From assembly GCA_965153285.1 (NCBI GenBank), contig OZ229111.1: DNA of 64,000 nt. One strand, given 5' to 3'. The position numbers and the translations under genes are program-made. Shown here one piece after another: positions 12,201-22,727 of the stretch (the first letter of the stretch is position 1; each line of letters opens with the position of its first letter). The DNA comes from Podarcis tiliguerta (lineage: Eukaryota). The notes beneath the pieces were generated by a model. That model saw only the letters and a program-made list of their open reading frames with translations, ran no database searches and was not told where the DNA came from.

Positions 12201-15200
12201 GGCCCAGCTACTTCTCTGTCTCAATTTTGTGCTGCAGTTTGGGGGTCATGGGCTGATCTGCAGTCATTTACTGGCTGATCTGCAGAGCCATTCATTCGGC
12301 CTCAATGTCTGAGCTTTTAACCATCCCTTAACACTATGTGGCTTGTCCTTTTCACTCAATTTTCTCTTTCTTTCCCTTTTTTTTAGTGGAATGAGATTCT
12401 TAAATGGTATGTGTGTCTGCAAGTATGAAAATGGGGTGGGGGTGAGCTACTCTGGATGAATCACTTTTCAAGAGTCCACAAACACAGTTGCCATGGTAAC
12501 CAGGAAAGACTGGGGTGCAGTCTGCAGCCAGGAGGAGCCACTGTATTTTGCCGTTTTGTTTTCAAAAACCGCCAGCATTTTCCCTGTTTGCAGTCAGTGT
12601 TCCTGCCATGCCTTGCAGTGTTCTAATTGCCTGGCTGAGGAAGAGGCAATGGCATGTTTACTTCCCTCATTCTGCTTTAGTGCTGGCTTCCATGTTCACC
12701 TCTTCTTCGGCTCAGCAGCTGTTTGAATTAAAGGAATTTCAATGCCAGGAGGGCCACCAAGCCAGGCTAAGAGGGGCAACCTTTCAGGATCATCATTATA
12801 CACAGGCCCTGTGGCCTGAACGTGTTATTTTAAAAGCACACAGCAAAAACAAATCTGCTAGTCATGTCACATAACTTGCAACTTGTTTGTTTTAAATAAC
12901 ATTATTTACCTGCAACTACAGCTGAAACATCTGTCAATTCAGAATGTGATTTCCGCTTTGATAGCCTGCCACAGTAAGAAAATAAAAAGGCGAAAGTAAG
13001 AAAGTAGTTATATGCTTAGCTGCTCACAAAATTTCCATTAAGATCCAAGTGATTTCTTTCCTAACTGGCTAATATCACTTCAAATCTAGTGAAAATACAC
13101 TGGCTAATGAGTCAACAGACCAATTAATATCTTCAATTCTGCCATAATGGGATGCTCCACCAATGTGTTCTCTTTGCGAGAGGGGATTTCCCTGGCTACA
13201 GCTGTTGCTTCTTAATGGCCATGGCGAAGGCAGTGCTTTATGTAGCTGCCACAATCAGAGTCATTACTCCAAGCAGTTGCATATATACTGTCTCTAAAAA
13301 AGAGAGCAGTCACAAAAAAATATTGTTATGCGTTTGTGGGGTGCCTGAATTCCCCTTCTAATTCCTGGACCCTGCTTATAATTCCTGGGTGTCAGATACT
13401 CGACCCCCTCTCTCAACTCATAATTGGCTAGAAAGACAAAAGCCTCTGAAGTAGAGTTTTAGAACTGGAAGGAGAGCAGTTGTTTTTAGGATTGCAGTTG
13501 GGGATGACGTCGGTTGGAGAAAAAATAGTTGTTGGCTGTGTCAGCAAGCCTGAGAGAAAAGTGGCAGTCTGTTAAACATAGCAAGCTGACCAGAGGGTGA
13601 TGGCTGATTTCTGCAGGCATCCAAGACTATGGCCATGGGAGGGGCAAGAACCTTTTGGAGTGTTAATGCTTTGAACCCCTCCATCGTAGACTCAGGTTGT
13701 ATATACAGTATGTGTAAATAAACCGTATACCCTAAAGACATCACAGTCTCCGCTGTGGCTCATTTCTTTAGAAACACAATCCCTGGGCAAGCACCTGGAA
13801 CCCCTGGAATCTCACACCGCTCGGAGACTGGGGTGGCATGTAACAATATTTTGCTTAGGTATTACCTTGTAATGCTCTGGTCTTTTTTTCCTAAAGTGGT
13901 TTCTAGAAGAGATCAAATGTGAAGAGTGTGATCAAGGTAAGATAGAGCAATACAGCACAACATAGGGCTCGTCCACACCTCTGCTTGCCCCATGCCCAGA
14001 AAGCACAGGTCTGAGCTTTTCTGCTTGTCCTGTGCTTTCAAGGCATGGGTCCAAGAGGATTTTCGCTTGCCCCTTGCTTTCCCCGGGAAAATCAGCTGTT
14101 TAGCCCTGAACTGGAACAAACGTCAATTCACAGAAAAACGAATTGGCATTTGTTCCGAGTGCTTCTTCCCCAAGAAAAATACCGTATTTTTCGCTCTATA
14201 GGACGCACTTTTTCCCCTTCAAAAATGAAGGGGAAATGTGTGTGCGTCCTATGGAGCGAAGACGCCATAGCCCCGCGACCCTCTCCGGGCTGGAGAGGTG
14301 ACGCGCGGCTATGGCAGGAGCCTCTCCGCTGCGCCTTTCCGCTGCTCCCTGACCTGCTCTTTGGGGCTGGTGGTGGGCTTCCCCCCGCCAGCCCCAAAGA
14401 GCAGGTCAAAAGGAACCTGAAGCCTGGAGAGCGAGAGGGGTCAGTGCACACCGACCCCTCTCGCTCTCCAGGCTTCCAAGGTAGCCGCCTGAACGCACCT
14501 TAAACGGCACCTTGTTTTAGAGCAGGAAAACAAGAGGGGGAAAGTTCTCCCCCTCTCTGCGCAGAGCCTCCTGCCGCTTCGCTGAAGGGGTGCTGGACAG
14601 AGAGGGGGAGATTTTTTTTTCTTGTTCTCCCCCTTCTAAAACAAAGTGCGTCCTATTGTCCGGTGCGTCCTATGGTGCGAAAAATACGGTAGGTGCTGGA
14701 GCTAACCATGAAGTTGTTATAGTAAGTCGCTGGGCAGCTGGCTGGGGCAGCCCTGAATAGATGCTGGTTTGACACAGGAGACGGACTGAAGAAAAGGATA
14801 TACGAATTTGCCCCACCCTGTAGCTTGACCAATCGTGTCTAGGATGCTTAATCTTTCCTCTTCAAACCATTTTAGTCTTCCCATGGTCTCATCATCAAGC
14901 TGCTTTATTTCCAGACATCCAACTCTGCCACTTGGAGTGTGGAAAGACCAACTCAAGTTCCTGACACCCACATTTGCTGCCCTCTGCATCAAAGAAAGGT
15001 TTAAACTCAAGCTGGCAACCAAACACTTATGTAATATGTTCAAGGTTACCCAATATCTGTGAAAGATTTGGCACATGTGGCATCTTGTCTATGTTGATGG
15101 CTTTGCTGGTATCCAAGAGGGTTGAATTCCTGTGCCCAAGGCATTCTTCTGGACCAGTGCTTTTTTCTAAAACACATAACACAATATGGTTGCTAGCATC

Positions 15201-18200
15201 TTTCTGAAATGCTTGAAGTTCTACAATGCTAAGTTTGCTAACATTGCATTTGTAAGCTGATCACTCTTGAAGAACCTCCACAGATTTCAGTTGGCTTATT
15301 ATGGCATAAAGTGTAAAGACTTTAGATCCCCTCCCTACAAACAATAATTGAGAATGTAATTTGAAGCACTTGTTCAGCAATCGATGCATGGTTGATTGCC
15401 CAGTGCTGGGGTTAAGCCAATCAAAAAAATGTAGTATAGGTCAAGAATTGCCAAGGACACTCTGAACTCTAGCCTTGGATTAAATGGTCATTCTCTGACC
15501 AAATTAAGAGGCATTTGGCAAGAATCAATTAGAAAAGCTTTCCCCACTTGACTATGTGATGGGCTTGATTAAGCAAATAAAAATGCAATGTAGTCAGGCC
15601 TTACAGCAGGGATGTGGAGTCAACTGCTCTCCAACTGTTTTTCCTCTCTGGGACAGCTGAGTCAGTAGACCATGAGTCTACTAGACCCTGATCTCAGGGT
15701 CATGGGTTTGAGCCCCATGTTGGGCAAAATATTCCTGCATTACAGGGGGTTGGACTAGATGACCCTTGTGATCCCTTCAAACACTCTACAAATTCTAAGA
15801 TACTATGATCCCTGACTATTGGCCATGCTTGCTGTGGCTGAAAAGAAAGCAACATCTGGAGGGCCACAGGTTCCCAATTTCTGCCATACATTCTGCAACT
15901 AAAAAATATAGATGAGAGCACACATGCTTTTCTCAAACGGTCACTCCCACATGTAGAGCATAAGCATGCATACCTAATGTGTTTTCATCTCTGAATATCT
16001 CAGGTGATGAATAAGTACTTGCTCCATCACTAGATTCTGTATTAGAGCACAGAGAAGACCCTTCATCCAAACACTGCAGCAGAAAATGTGAAACACCTGT
16101 GGGTAAAGTCATTCCTGGAAATAAAGGGAAAATGAGATCAGGACACTGCTCAGTCTTAAAGTGCTCATTCAGGTACCCTGATATGCTGGGCACCTATAAA
16201 TGCATACAAATGTTAAGATCTGGGTTTCAGTTTGAAATAAAAAGACTGTATGTTGCAATAGGTTATACAATATAGTCCTGTGAACAGAAGGCAGGCCACA
16301 TGAGAGAAGGATGGAGAACAGCAAGAGTAATAGGTTCAATTGGATTAGTTTTCATTTATTATTACGTTACATGTTCTAAATTTCCTCCAAGGAGCTCCAG
16401 GTGACATACATCCACATGGTTCTTTCCATCCCTCTTTTACCCTCACAATAACCCTGTGAGGGAGGTTTGATTGAAAGATGGCAACTGGGCCAAAGTAACC
16501 CAGTGAGTTTCATGGCTGAAAGCGCATTTGAACCATAGTCTCCTAGTCCAATACTCAAACCTCTGCACTTGTTTCAGTATACATGCAATGTTCAGCTTCC
16601 ATCATAAGCGGTAATATATATAAGCTGAACTACAACTTCCAGCAGTCCAAGTGCTCAGCGATTATGGGATTATGGGAGTTGTAATTCAGCAACATCTGAA
16701 GGGCCAAAGGTTATTCACTCCTGTTCACCCAATAATTCATTTTTTTTCCTGCCCTTCTTATGTAGAAGGCTGAACAAGAAACACTAGTGATATGAATTGC
16801 TCCTGAGGAAAGCTTCAGCACTGGCCACAGAGTTGGGTTGGGGGAATTAAAATTGGGTTAGCAGAACTAAAATATTAACATGAGGACTAGTCACATTAGG
16901 GAACTTGGAATAATATTTAGAAGAATACAGTTCCTGATCCAGTATGCTTAAGCATACTCACCTGATGTAGTTTCACTATATCTCGCACTCTCTTTACTTG
17001 CAGAGCTTAAATGCAAAGAATCCTAAGAACAACAGTGAAAGATGCAGAAGGCAAGGTATGACGTAGATAAAACTGTGATTTCCCTTATGACCATACAAAA
17101 TTCATGAAAATAATTTCTCAGAAAGAAACAGTTCTGCACAGTTTTGTCATTAACAAAATATTCCTTAACACTGATCAGAGCAACTCTTGGATTTGAAATG
17201 TATTATCAATGGCCACATGGAAGCAATTTTAAATTATGTAAATTGTTCATCTGCAGAAGGTCATCAAGCAGAATGGGAGAATTTCTCATTCACCACAAAG
17301 CCCCAGAATTTCTTCCAAGCACAGTCTCTGTTAAGATCAGAGGTTCTGTGTGGAGACTAACATGACAGAGAGAATAATTTAAAGCTGAACCCATATGGTG
17401 GTTATTTCCTGGGCACTGAACCTCTATAGTGGTATTGTCAACTTGTATAAATTTCATTGTGATTGATGCACATTTCCAGCCACTATCCAAGTCAATGTGA
17501 ATAGAGCATAACCATGAACTTACCTGGACAATATCCATAGGTCTTTATGACAATTCATCTGTTCCACACCAACCACTTGAAACACTATGACTTCTAATAT
17601 TCCTCCACACTGAAATTCTCCCAGCAATCAGAGAGGCTGGTACACTAATTATGCTGGTGACTACTGCAAACCCTGATATTTCCACGTACCTCAGAGAGAT
17701 GGATTTGCCCCCACTTTAAAGTCAGAACCACAGAATACATACAGAAACAACCTGGTGCTTTCCATATATTTTGAATTATAACTCCCATCATCCCTGACCA
17801 CTTACCATGCTGCCTAGGAGCTAGCATGGCTTAATTGTGATTTTGGCTTAGTGTGATGTGCAAACCAGCTCCATGACACACCACTGGCTGCATACAAAAT
17901 ACTGTATATGTATTTTGATTGGCTGGACTCTGAAGGTGCAGCAGTCTTTCGTTTTTACCCTACTAGTAGTACATAGATTTGTTGGGATTTAAGAGGTTTA
18001 ACAATTAAATACATACCTTTAATACAGCAGTGCCCATTTTATTGATACTTTTATTCACCTCCATGCTTCTGTTTTCATTTTCATTTAATTCAGTGCTATG
18101 GGGGGGGGGGGGATACAGCACAAATATGGGTCTGTATTTTTCATAGGCAATTTCAAACCAACTCTGATATCTGGAATTTCTGAGAAGATTGATTTCTTTT

Positions 18201-21200
18201 AATTTGAACTTAAACCAACACACTGACAACAGAAATTGGCATTATTATTGCTCTGGGGATGTTGCTCAAAACAAGGCAAGTCCTTCCTGTCCTGGCCATA
18301 ACGCCTATAAATACAATTAAAGCTGAATTGCATCATCATATTGACAGTTTCTAGACTGGTGGTGTGGAACTTGGTGCTTTCCAAAAGTTGTTGGACTCCA
18401 AGCCATCAGCATAGCCAATTGTCAGAGCTGATGGGATTTGTAGTCCAACAACATCTATGGGGCCTCAAGTGCTCAAGACCTTCCCCCAGATCCAATAATA
18501 GAATAACTGGAATCTATACCTTTGTTCCACTGAAAGACAGTCCATCTGGGTCACCCCAGAGGCTTCTTGAATTTTGGGCAATGCTTTTTTAAAGGCATTT
18601 CCAATTTGTCCTACAGGGAGAAAAAAGTGAATGTTTAGCCAAAGACAGGATTATGATCCAACAGAACAAATATTGTATAAACTGTATAAATTGATATTAA
18701 CCTAAAGTCCTACATTTACCCAAAGGATTTGCTCTGTTGTAAAGAGAGAGTAAGAATCATCTCTTTGTGTTAAGACGTCACAGTTGTTTGGCATTCACCC
18801 AACTTGTATACAGGTGCTGAATGAAGGGCTTCAATGTAATTATTTCTGGTGCCCCGAGTATGTGCAAAATTCAAACCGAGATATGCACATTCCTCCATGA
18901 CTGTTTGAGATTATTTATATTGAACAGGGAATGTACACAGTTTCTTCTTCATGGATTATGTGCACATTTTCTTTGGGTGTATATTAGCCACTCAACTTAC
19001 ATTTCCCTAGACGCATACACACACACTTACACACACAAGGGGTTCTGCCCCTGCTCACCAACCCCCTGGGCTAACTCCCCATTCTTTAAACTTCACCCAT
19101 AAACCCCATAGTCCGTCCCCGCCCTCCATGCTGCCCACCTGACATCATAGTGACACCAGGCAATGTTTCCCTTTGAAGCCCTGATTGTTGGGACTTCAAG
19201 TGACCCATGGGGCTTTCAAACCTCGGGGGCAAGGGTTGAAGGATATGGTGTGTTGGATGCAAGCTCCCATCTACCCATCAGATTACCAAACATGGCTGAA
19301 GAGAGGTTTAATGGAGAGGGCCTTCAAAGTGCAGCTTGCTAAACTGCTTGGTGAAACACCCTTCCCTGCTGCAATTGCATTTAATGGAGGGCGGCAAACA
19401 CTTCACCCAGCAGATTGCTAAACACTGGGTGAATGGCCTACTTACCCTTCTGTTAAACCTCACTGCGGGATCATTTATTGGAATGCTCCATTAAACAGTT
19501 TGCCTAGGCTGGCCTGCCATTCCTCACTCTGCAATTGGTGCGGCTGCCTAGGTATGTATGGGAATATATGCAGGACTAGTTCATATGTCACAGTAACTAC
19601 ATGGTTTGTTCTTGGTTGCAGCTCATGGTAAACAAGGAAAGAGCTTAACCATGAACCTAGGTTTGTACAACAAGCTAAGCCAACCCAAACTCATCGCAGT
19701 ACAGGAGTAAAATGACTTGGGGGAAGTAAAGCAGCTGTGAGATCCTCTTCAGGAGTCTGCACAGCCCTGATACACCATAGTTTGGCATGCAAACAAAGCA
19801 AAGACATGTGCACATACAGTTGGGTGCATTAAAAAGCATGTTAACCCACCCTGAACAGATTCTCTTCAAGGTCAGTAGATTACTCCACATTTGTTTCATT
19901 TGTGTATCGGCTACGGACAACACAACTCTAGCAAGTCAACAAAGAATGAGCAAAAGAAAACCTCAGAGTTGCACTATAATGGAATTTCTGCTCTCAAAAG
20001 GAAGGTCCTAGTACAACTGTGAAATCAAGACACCTGTTAAGCTCTCAATCTCCAGAGATTTGCAAGAAGAACTCCTTTGCACCTTTTAATTTTCATCAGG
20101 TTTTGCTATCAGTTTCTTTAAAAAAGAAATTAAGGCAAGTCTTGATACTCCCAAGACTTAGTACAATATCAGAAGGCAAAAAGCTCCCCCTACTGACAGT
20201 CCAATTTAATGCACTTGGTAAACCAAGCCTATCTGGATCAAAGGCTTTTGCTGCGCAGTTTTAAGAGCTGTTTAGGTAGAATCAGTGATTTTTTTCTTTA
20301 AAAAAAAGTTTAGGGGTGCTCTCATTTTCCTACTCATATTGAAATACTGCCCCTCAATGAGGCTAAACCTAGATTCACAAAATGTTTAGGGGTAAGCGTA
20401 CCCCTGCGTCCCCCAAGAAAAAAGCACTGGGTAGAATAATCATCAACAGGTTACATTTCCACCTATTCTTCACACAGGTAAATACTCCATATGGTAAGAC
20501 TGCAGCCATACTTAGTCTTTATCCTCCTCCCCCTAACAAGGATCTTTTTGTCATGTGACTGAGGGATATGTCACAATGAAGCAACACTTTACTTCAAAAA
20601 TATTTGAGAATAATCCGCAAATCCCTCTGGGAACAACAGGATTTAAGCAGAGGTGGATTTAGGGCAGCATGACTGGTTCTACCGCAATAGGGGGAACCAC
20701 AACTATGATGTACTGAATTGAGCCAAACAGGTGGTGAGAGGAAGGGGGGTGCTGAATTTTGGCTGCCCACAAGGCGACACTGAAATCTGAAAGACCAAAG
20801 TCCACCACTGACTTAAGTGTGCATAACTATATTCAGATTTACCACCTGCTCTTTGCATTTCAAGAGGGGCAAATTATTTTGGCGACAGATGAGAACAGGT
20901 GTTGTTGTCATGGCACCCACACACAATTTATAAAAATGGCTGTTTCTAACCATTGCAGGTGTGGGGAAAATAATTGTGAACACCATCAAACATTTCCAAA
21001 AGAGGAGACTTGGATGAACCACCACTCTTGAATGACAACATCAGTGTTTTGTTTGCATAAAGTCCATATGTACGGTATGTATGTATGTATGTATGTATGC
21101 ATGCATGCATGCTATGTATAATATTTATAGAAATCTCCCTAACATAAAGTATCAACAAAATATGCATGTACAATAAAACATATACCATAAAAATATAAAA

Positions 21201-22727
21201 TAACCACAAAATGGGTGGCTCATCTTCAAAAGTTTAAGCAGCTGCATAGGCCTTCTGGCATAAAAAGATCTTCAAGAGATGCCTGAAAATTAACTGTGAG
21301 AATGCCTGAATAATCTAGGCTGGAAGAGTTTATAGAATGGAACCAGGTATCCTAAATGCCTAAATTCTTGTTGAAGTCAATCAGGCTTCTGAAATATGGG
21401 GGACAACCAGCAGTACTTCTCCAAATTATCTCAGTGAGTGAGCTGGTATATAAGGGTTAAGGGAAGCATTATGGTATCCTGAACTCACGTTGATCAGGGC
21501 TTTGTATAAGAGAACGCTGGACCTGGTCTGGGAGCATATGGGCAGCCAATGCAGGTGTTTCAGCAGAATGCTACAAACCTACTCCTGAGAAGACATAGGG
21601 CTGCTCCACTAGACTTCTAATGTCAGTTTGGGGCACACTACATCACCCCACAAATCCTAGCATGCAGCAGCAGACCATATGTGAACACACAATTGCGTAC
21701 AGGAGTCTTTGCCCACTGTAAGAGAATGGCGCTGAGCAGAGGAGCCCCAGAAAGCACCATAAATTTAGAAAGTGGCCTGAGAGGCTGGGGATTCAAAAGC
21801 TTGGAAAAACACCAGGTGATAGGAGTGTTGCTTTCAAAAACAGTGAGAACCTTGGAAAAAGCAAAACAGCAACTGGCTCAAGACCCAATCTTATGCCTGT
21901 TTACCGAGAAGTGAGTTTCACTAGGTTCAATGGTGCTTGCATCCTAAGACAGGATTCCACTGTGAGGTGGCTCAAAGGGTAGGATTCATCCTCGTGTGCC
22001 CTGGGGACAGTTGGTTTGTATTTGCAGCTGGTGATTTTTAGCTGGGATGGTAAAGACTGACATCAGGACCGAGTTCACTGTTGACATTCAGTGTTGCAGA
22101 AGGAGCACATACTGGAGTAATGAGCTCAGTGTTGTCAGGGTCTGAGCAACTGTGACAAAAACTATGAATACAAACCAAACTAAGGAAAGCAATGAGCCCC
22201 ATCTCTGTGTCCCATGTAATGCATTTAGCAGGCCAAGCGGCTTTCTACAATACTCATCAAGACATAGCAGGTGAGATAAGCCCCCAACACATTCACAAAC
22301 ACCTCACCCTCTTCCCCACTACCAATTTCACCAATAAAGTGTTTCCATTAAGAGTGACTACATTAAGAGTACATAAAGTGACTACATTAAGAGTACATTC
22401 TCACCCCTACACATTTTTAGACAGTACACAGTAGAGTAGTTAGGGCCTTTGTGCCACTACGCAAAGACACAATAAATATTGTAATTAATCCAGACAAACA
22501 GGGATGTGATGGGGAAGGACAAGGTAGTTGCATGAACAATTACTTCTGACATGAGATTCCTGCCGAGGTCCAGAAAGCAGATCTAGGCGCAGCCGACTCC
22601 CTTTGGCTTCAGCATTCCTTTTACCTACAGTAGCAGATGCTGCCGCAGCTGGGATAGGAGATGCACAATGGACATTCTGTTGAGCCCGCCTCTTCCGGGA
22701 ATAGGAACGCAATTTCACCCAGTCCAT
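6229..22727 (-). CDS. MEIKIN: MEIKIN, meiosis-specific kinetochore protein; full gene model of 13 coding exons, 1209 nt, 402 aa
   Basis: Exons of 103, 91, 79, 61, 141, 117, 37, 56, 95, 153, 126, 124 and 26 nt all have GT-AG boundaries and join in phase with no stop. Recognisable motifs: MDWVKLRSYSRKRR, SSPEIFR, NSTLLDTSKAINIDK, VNSKEVIP, EICCIIKASPG and terminal DII. Lies directly 3' of ACSL6, as in mammals. Confidence 0.9.
6440..6575 (-). mobile_element. Squam3-type SINE fragment
   Basis: tRNA head (GTAGCTGAATGGTGGAGCATCTGCTT...GGTTCAGCCCC) on the reverse strand. Confidence 0.65.
6880..7003 (-). CDS. MEIKIN: MEIKIN coding exon 12 (CLRNPPEICCIIKASPGSRPLKVLQHPLKRKRVFHPSGATE)
   Basis: EICCIIKASPG is the conserved C-terminal kinetochore (CENP-C)-targeting block; acceptor ttctttcag, donor AAG|gtaaag. 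Confidence 0.92.
7360..7507 (-). mobile_element. Sauria SINE (Squam1), internally deleted
   Basis: Reverse strand GGGGACG..GGCGCTGTGGTCTAAACC...GGTCGGCGGTTTGAATCCCC head joined to an ACCTTTACCTTT tail. Confidence 0.8.
8071..8196 (-). CDS. MEIKIN: MEIKIN coding exon 11 (LDSSSVHKVSLGE...NVNSKEVIPASLSPENVTHQ)
   Basis: Resembles human IDLSSVQKASFEE...VNSNEIVPVSSLQEN; acceptor tgatatag, donor CAG|gtaata. Confidence 0.87.
8738..8775. repeat. (AAT)n microsatellite
   Basis: Direct observation. Confidence 0.9.
9590..9895. mobile_element. Palindromic MITE (GGGCTCATCCAGACTT terminus, possibly PIF/Harbinger-like)
   Basis: Ends are imperfect inverted repeats (ttctaggcataggtctgtgctttaa / ttaaagcccagacctgcgcctagaa). 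Confidence 0.55.
10309..10461 (-). CDS. MEIKIN: MEIKIN coding exon 10 (TKDQQPRKMKCTKRVLFSSSSSSSSPYVLG...PGTGM)
   Basis: Acceptor tttctgtag, strong donor ATG|gtaagt, phase 0 to 0, open frame. Confidence 0.75.
12058..12152 (-). CDS. MEIKIN: MEIKIN coding exon 9 (GKQVCKILPAKEKTPELQSFGASLLPQKQTKK)
   Basis: Acceptor tgttttctcag, donor AAG|gtgacg; CKILPAKEKTP resembles human CEILLAEKTCP. Confidence 0.82.
12910..12965 (-). CDS. MEIKIN: MEIKIN coding exon 8 (RLSKRKSHSELTDVSAVVA)
   Basis: Acceptor ttactgtggcag, donor CAG|gtaaat, phase 2 to 1. Confidence 0.7.
13866..13902 (-). CDS. MEIKIN: MEIKIN coding exon 7 (ETTLGKKDQSIT)
   Basis: 37-nt exon, acceptor ctcttctag, donor AAG|gtaata; phase 1 to 2 is needed to keep the frame. 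Confidence 0.7.
14182..14689. mobile_element. Tc1/mariner (pogo/Tc2-like) MITE
   Basis: TA target-site duplication; TIRs CCGTATTTTTCGCTCTATAGGACGCAC / GTGCGTCCTATGGTGCGAAAAATACGG; CpG-rich and young. Confidence 0.88.
15050..15166 (-). CDS. MEIKIN: MEIKIN coding exon 6 (EKSTGPEECLGHRNSTLLDTSKAINIDKMPHVPNLSQIL)
   Basis: Contains NSTLLDTSKA, the most conserved MEIKIN block; acceptor gtgttttag, donor gtaacc. Confidence 0.92.
15650..15810 (+). mobile_element. POM/Squam2-type tRNA SINE with CR1-derived 3' end
   Basis: CTGAGTCAGTAGA...GGTTTGAGCCCCA head; GGGTTGGACTAGATGACC...TTCTAAGATACTATGAT tail. Confidence 0.75.
15974..16114 (-). CDS. MEIKIN: MEIKIN coding exon 5 (GMTLPTGVSHFLLQCLDE...YSSPEIFRDENTL)
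   Basis: Acceptor ttattccag, donor TAG|gtatgc, phase 1 to 1; SPEIFR resembles human SPELFR. Confidence 0.88.
16360..16570 (-). mobile_element. MIR/CORE-like SINE remnant
   Basis: Core-like sequence cctcacaataaccctgtgagg...tttgaacc. Confidence 0.55.
16962..17022 (-). CDS. MEIKIN: MEIKIN coding exon 4 (DSLHLSSASKESARYSETTS)
   Basis: Acceptor gttcttag, donor CAG|gtgagt, phase 0 to 1. Confidence 0.8.
18017..18095 (-). CDS. MEIKIN: MEIKIN coding exon 3 (STELNENENRSMEVNKSINKMGTAVLK)
   Basis: Poly-C acceptor ccccatag, donor AAG|gtatgt, phase 2 to 0; ENRS also recalled in human. Confidence 0.8.
18520..18610 (-). CDS. MEIKIN: MEIKIN coding exon 2 (GQIGNAFKKALPKIQEASGVTQMDCLSVEQ)
   Basis: Acceptor tttttctccctgtag, donor AAG|gtatag, phase 1 to 2; LPKIQE resembles human LSKIAE. 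Confidence 0.8.
20283..20429. mobile_element. hAT MITE
   Basis: TIR CAGTG(A/C)TTTTTT with an exact 8-bp TSD GGTAGAAT at 20275-20282 and 20430-20437. Confidence 0.88.
21170..21590 (-). mobile_element. Degenerate L2-type LINE 3' fragment
   Basis: L2-like 3' end pattern next to a (TATG)n tail. Confidence 0.45.
22625..22727 (-). CDS. MEIKIN: MEIKIN coding exon 1 (MDWVKLRSYSRKRRAQQNVHCASPIPAAAASATV)
   Basis: ATG at 22727-22725; resembles human MWPLRVYTRKKR; phase-1 donor GTAG|gtaaaa. Confidence 0.8.

Noticed and set aside
14045-14503. 152-aa ORF (and overlapping 107-aa antisense ORF)
   Set aside because: Lies largely within the GC-rich Tc2-like MITE; no transposase motifs or other homology.
15974-16073. 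Shorter version of MEIKIN exon 5 using the ctgcag acceptor at 16074
   Set aside because: Its phase-0 start is incompatible with the phase-1 end of exon 4; the 16114 acceptor keeps the frame.
19446-19505. Strong donor AGG|gtaagt in MEIKIN intron 1
   Set aside because: All three upstream frames contain stops within about 60 nt, and it is not needed for the gene model.
22345-22397. Short tandem duplications (also near 24212-24260, 24788-24814, 35978-36030 and 51792-51830)
   Set aside because: Two-copy slippage duplications; not CRISPR-like or otherwise structured arrays.
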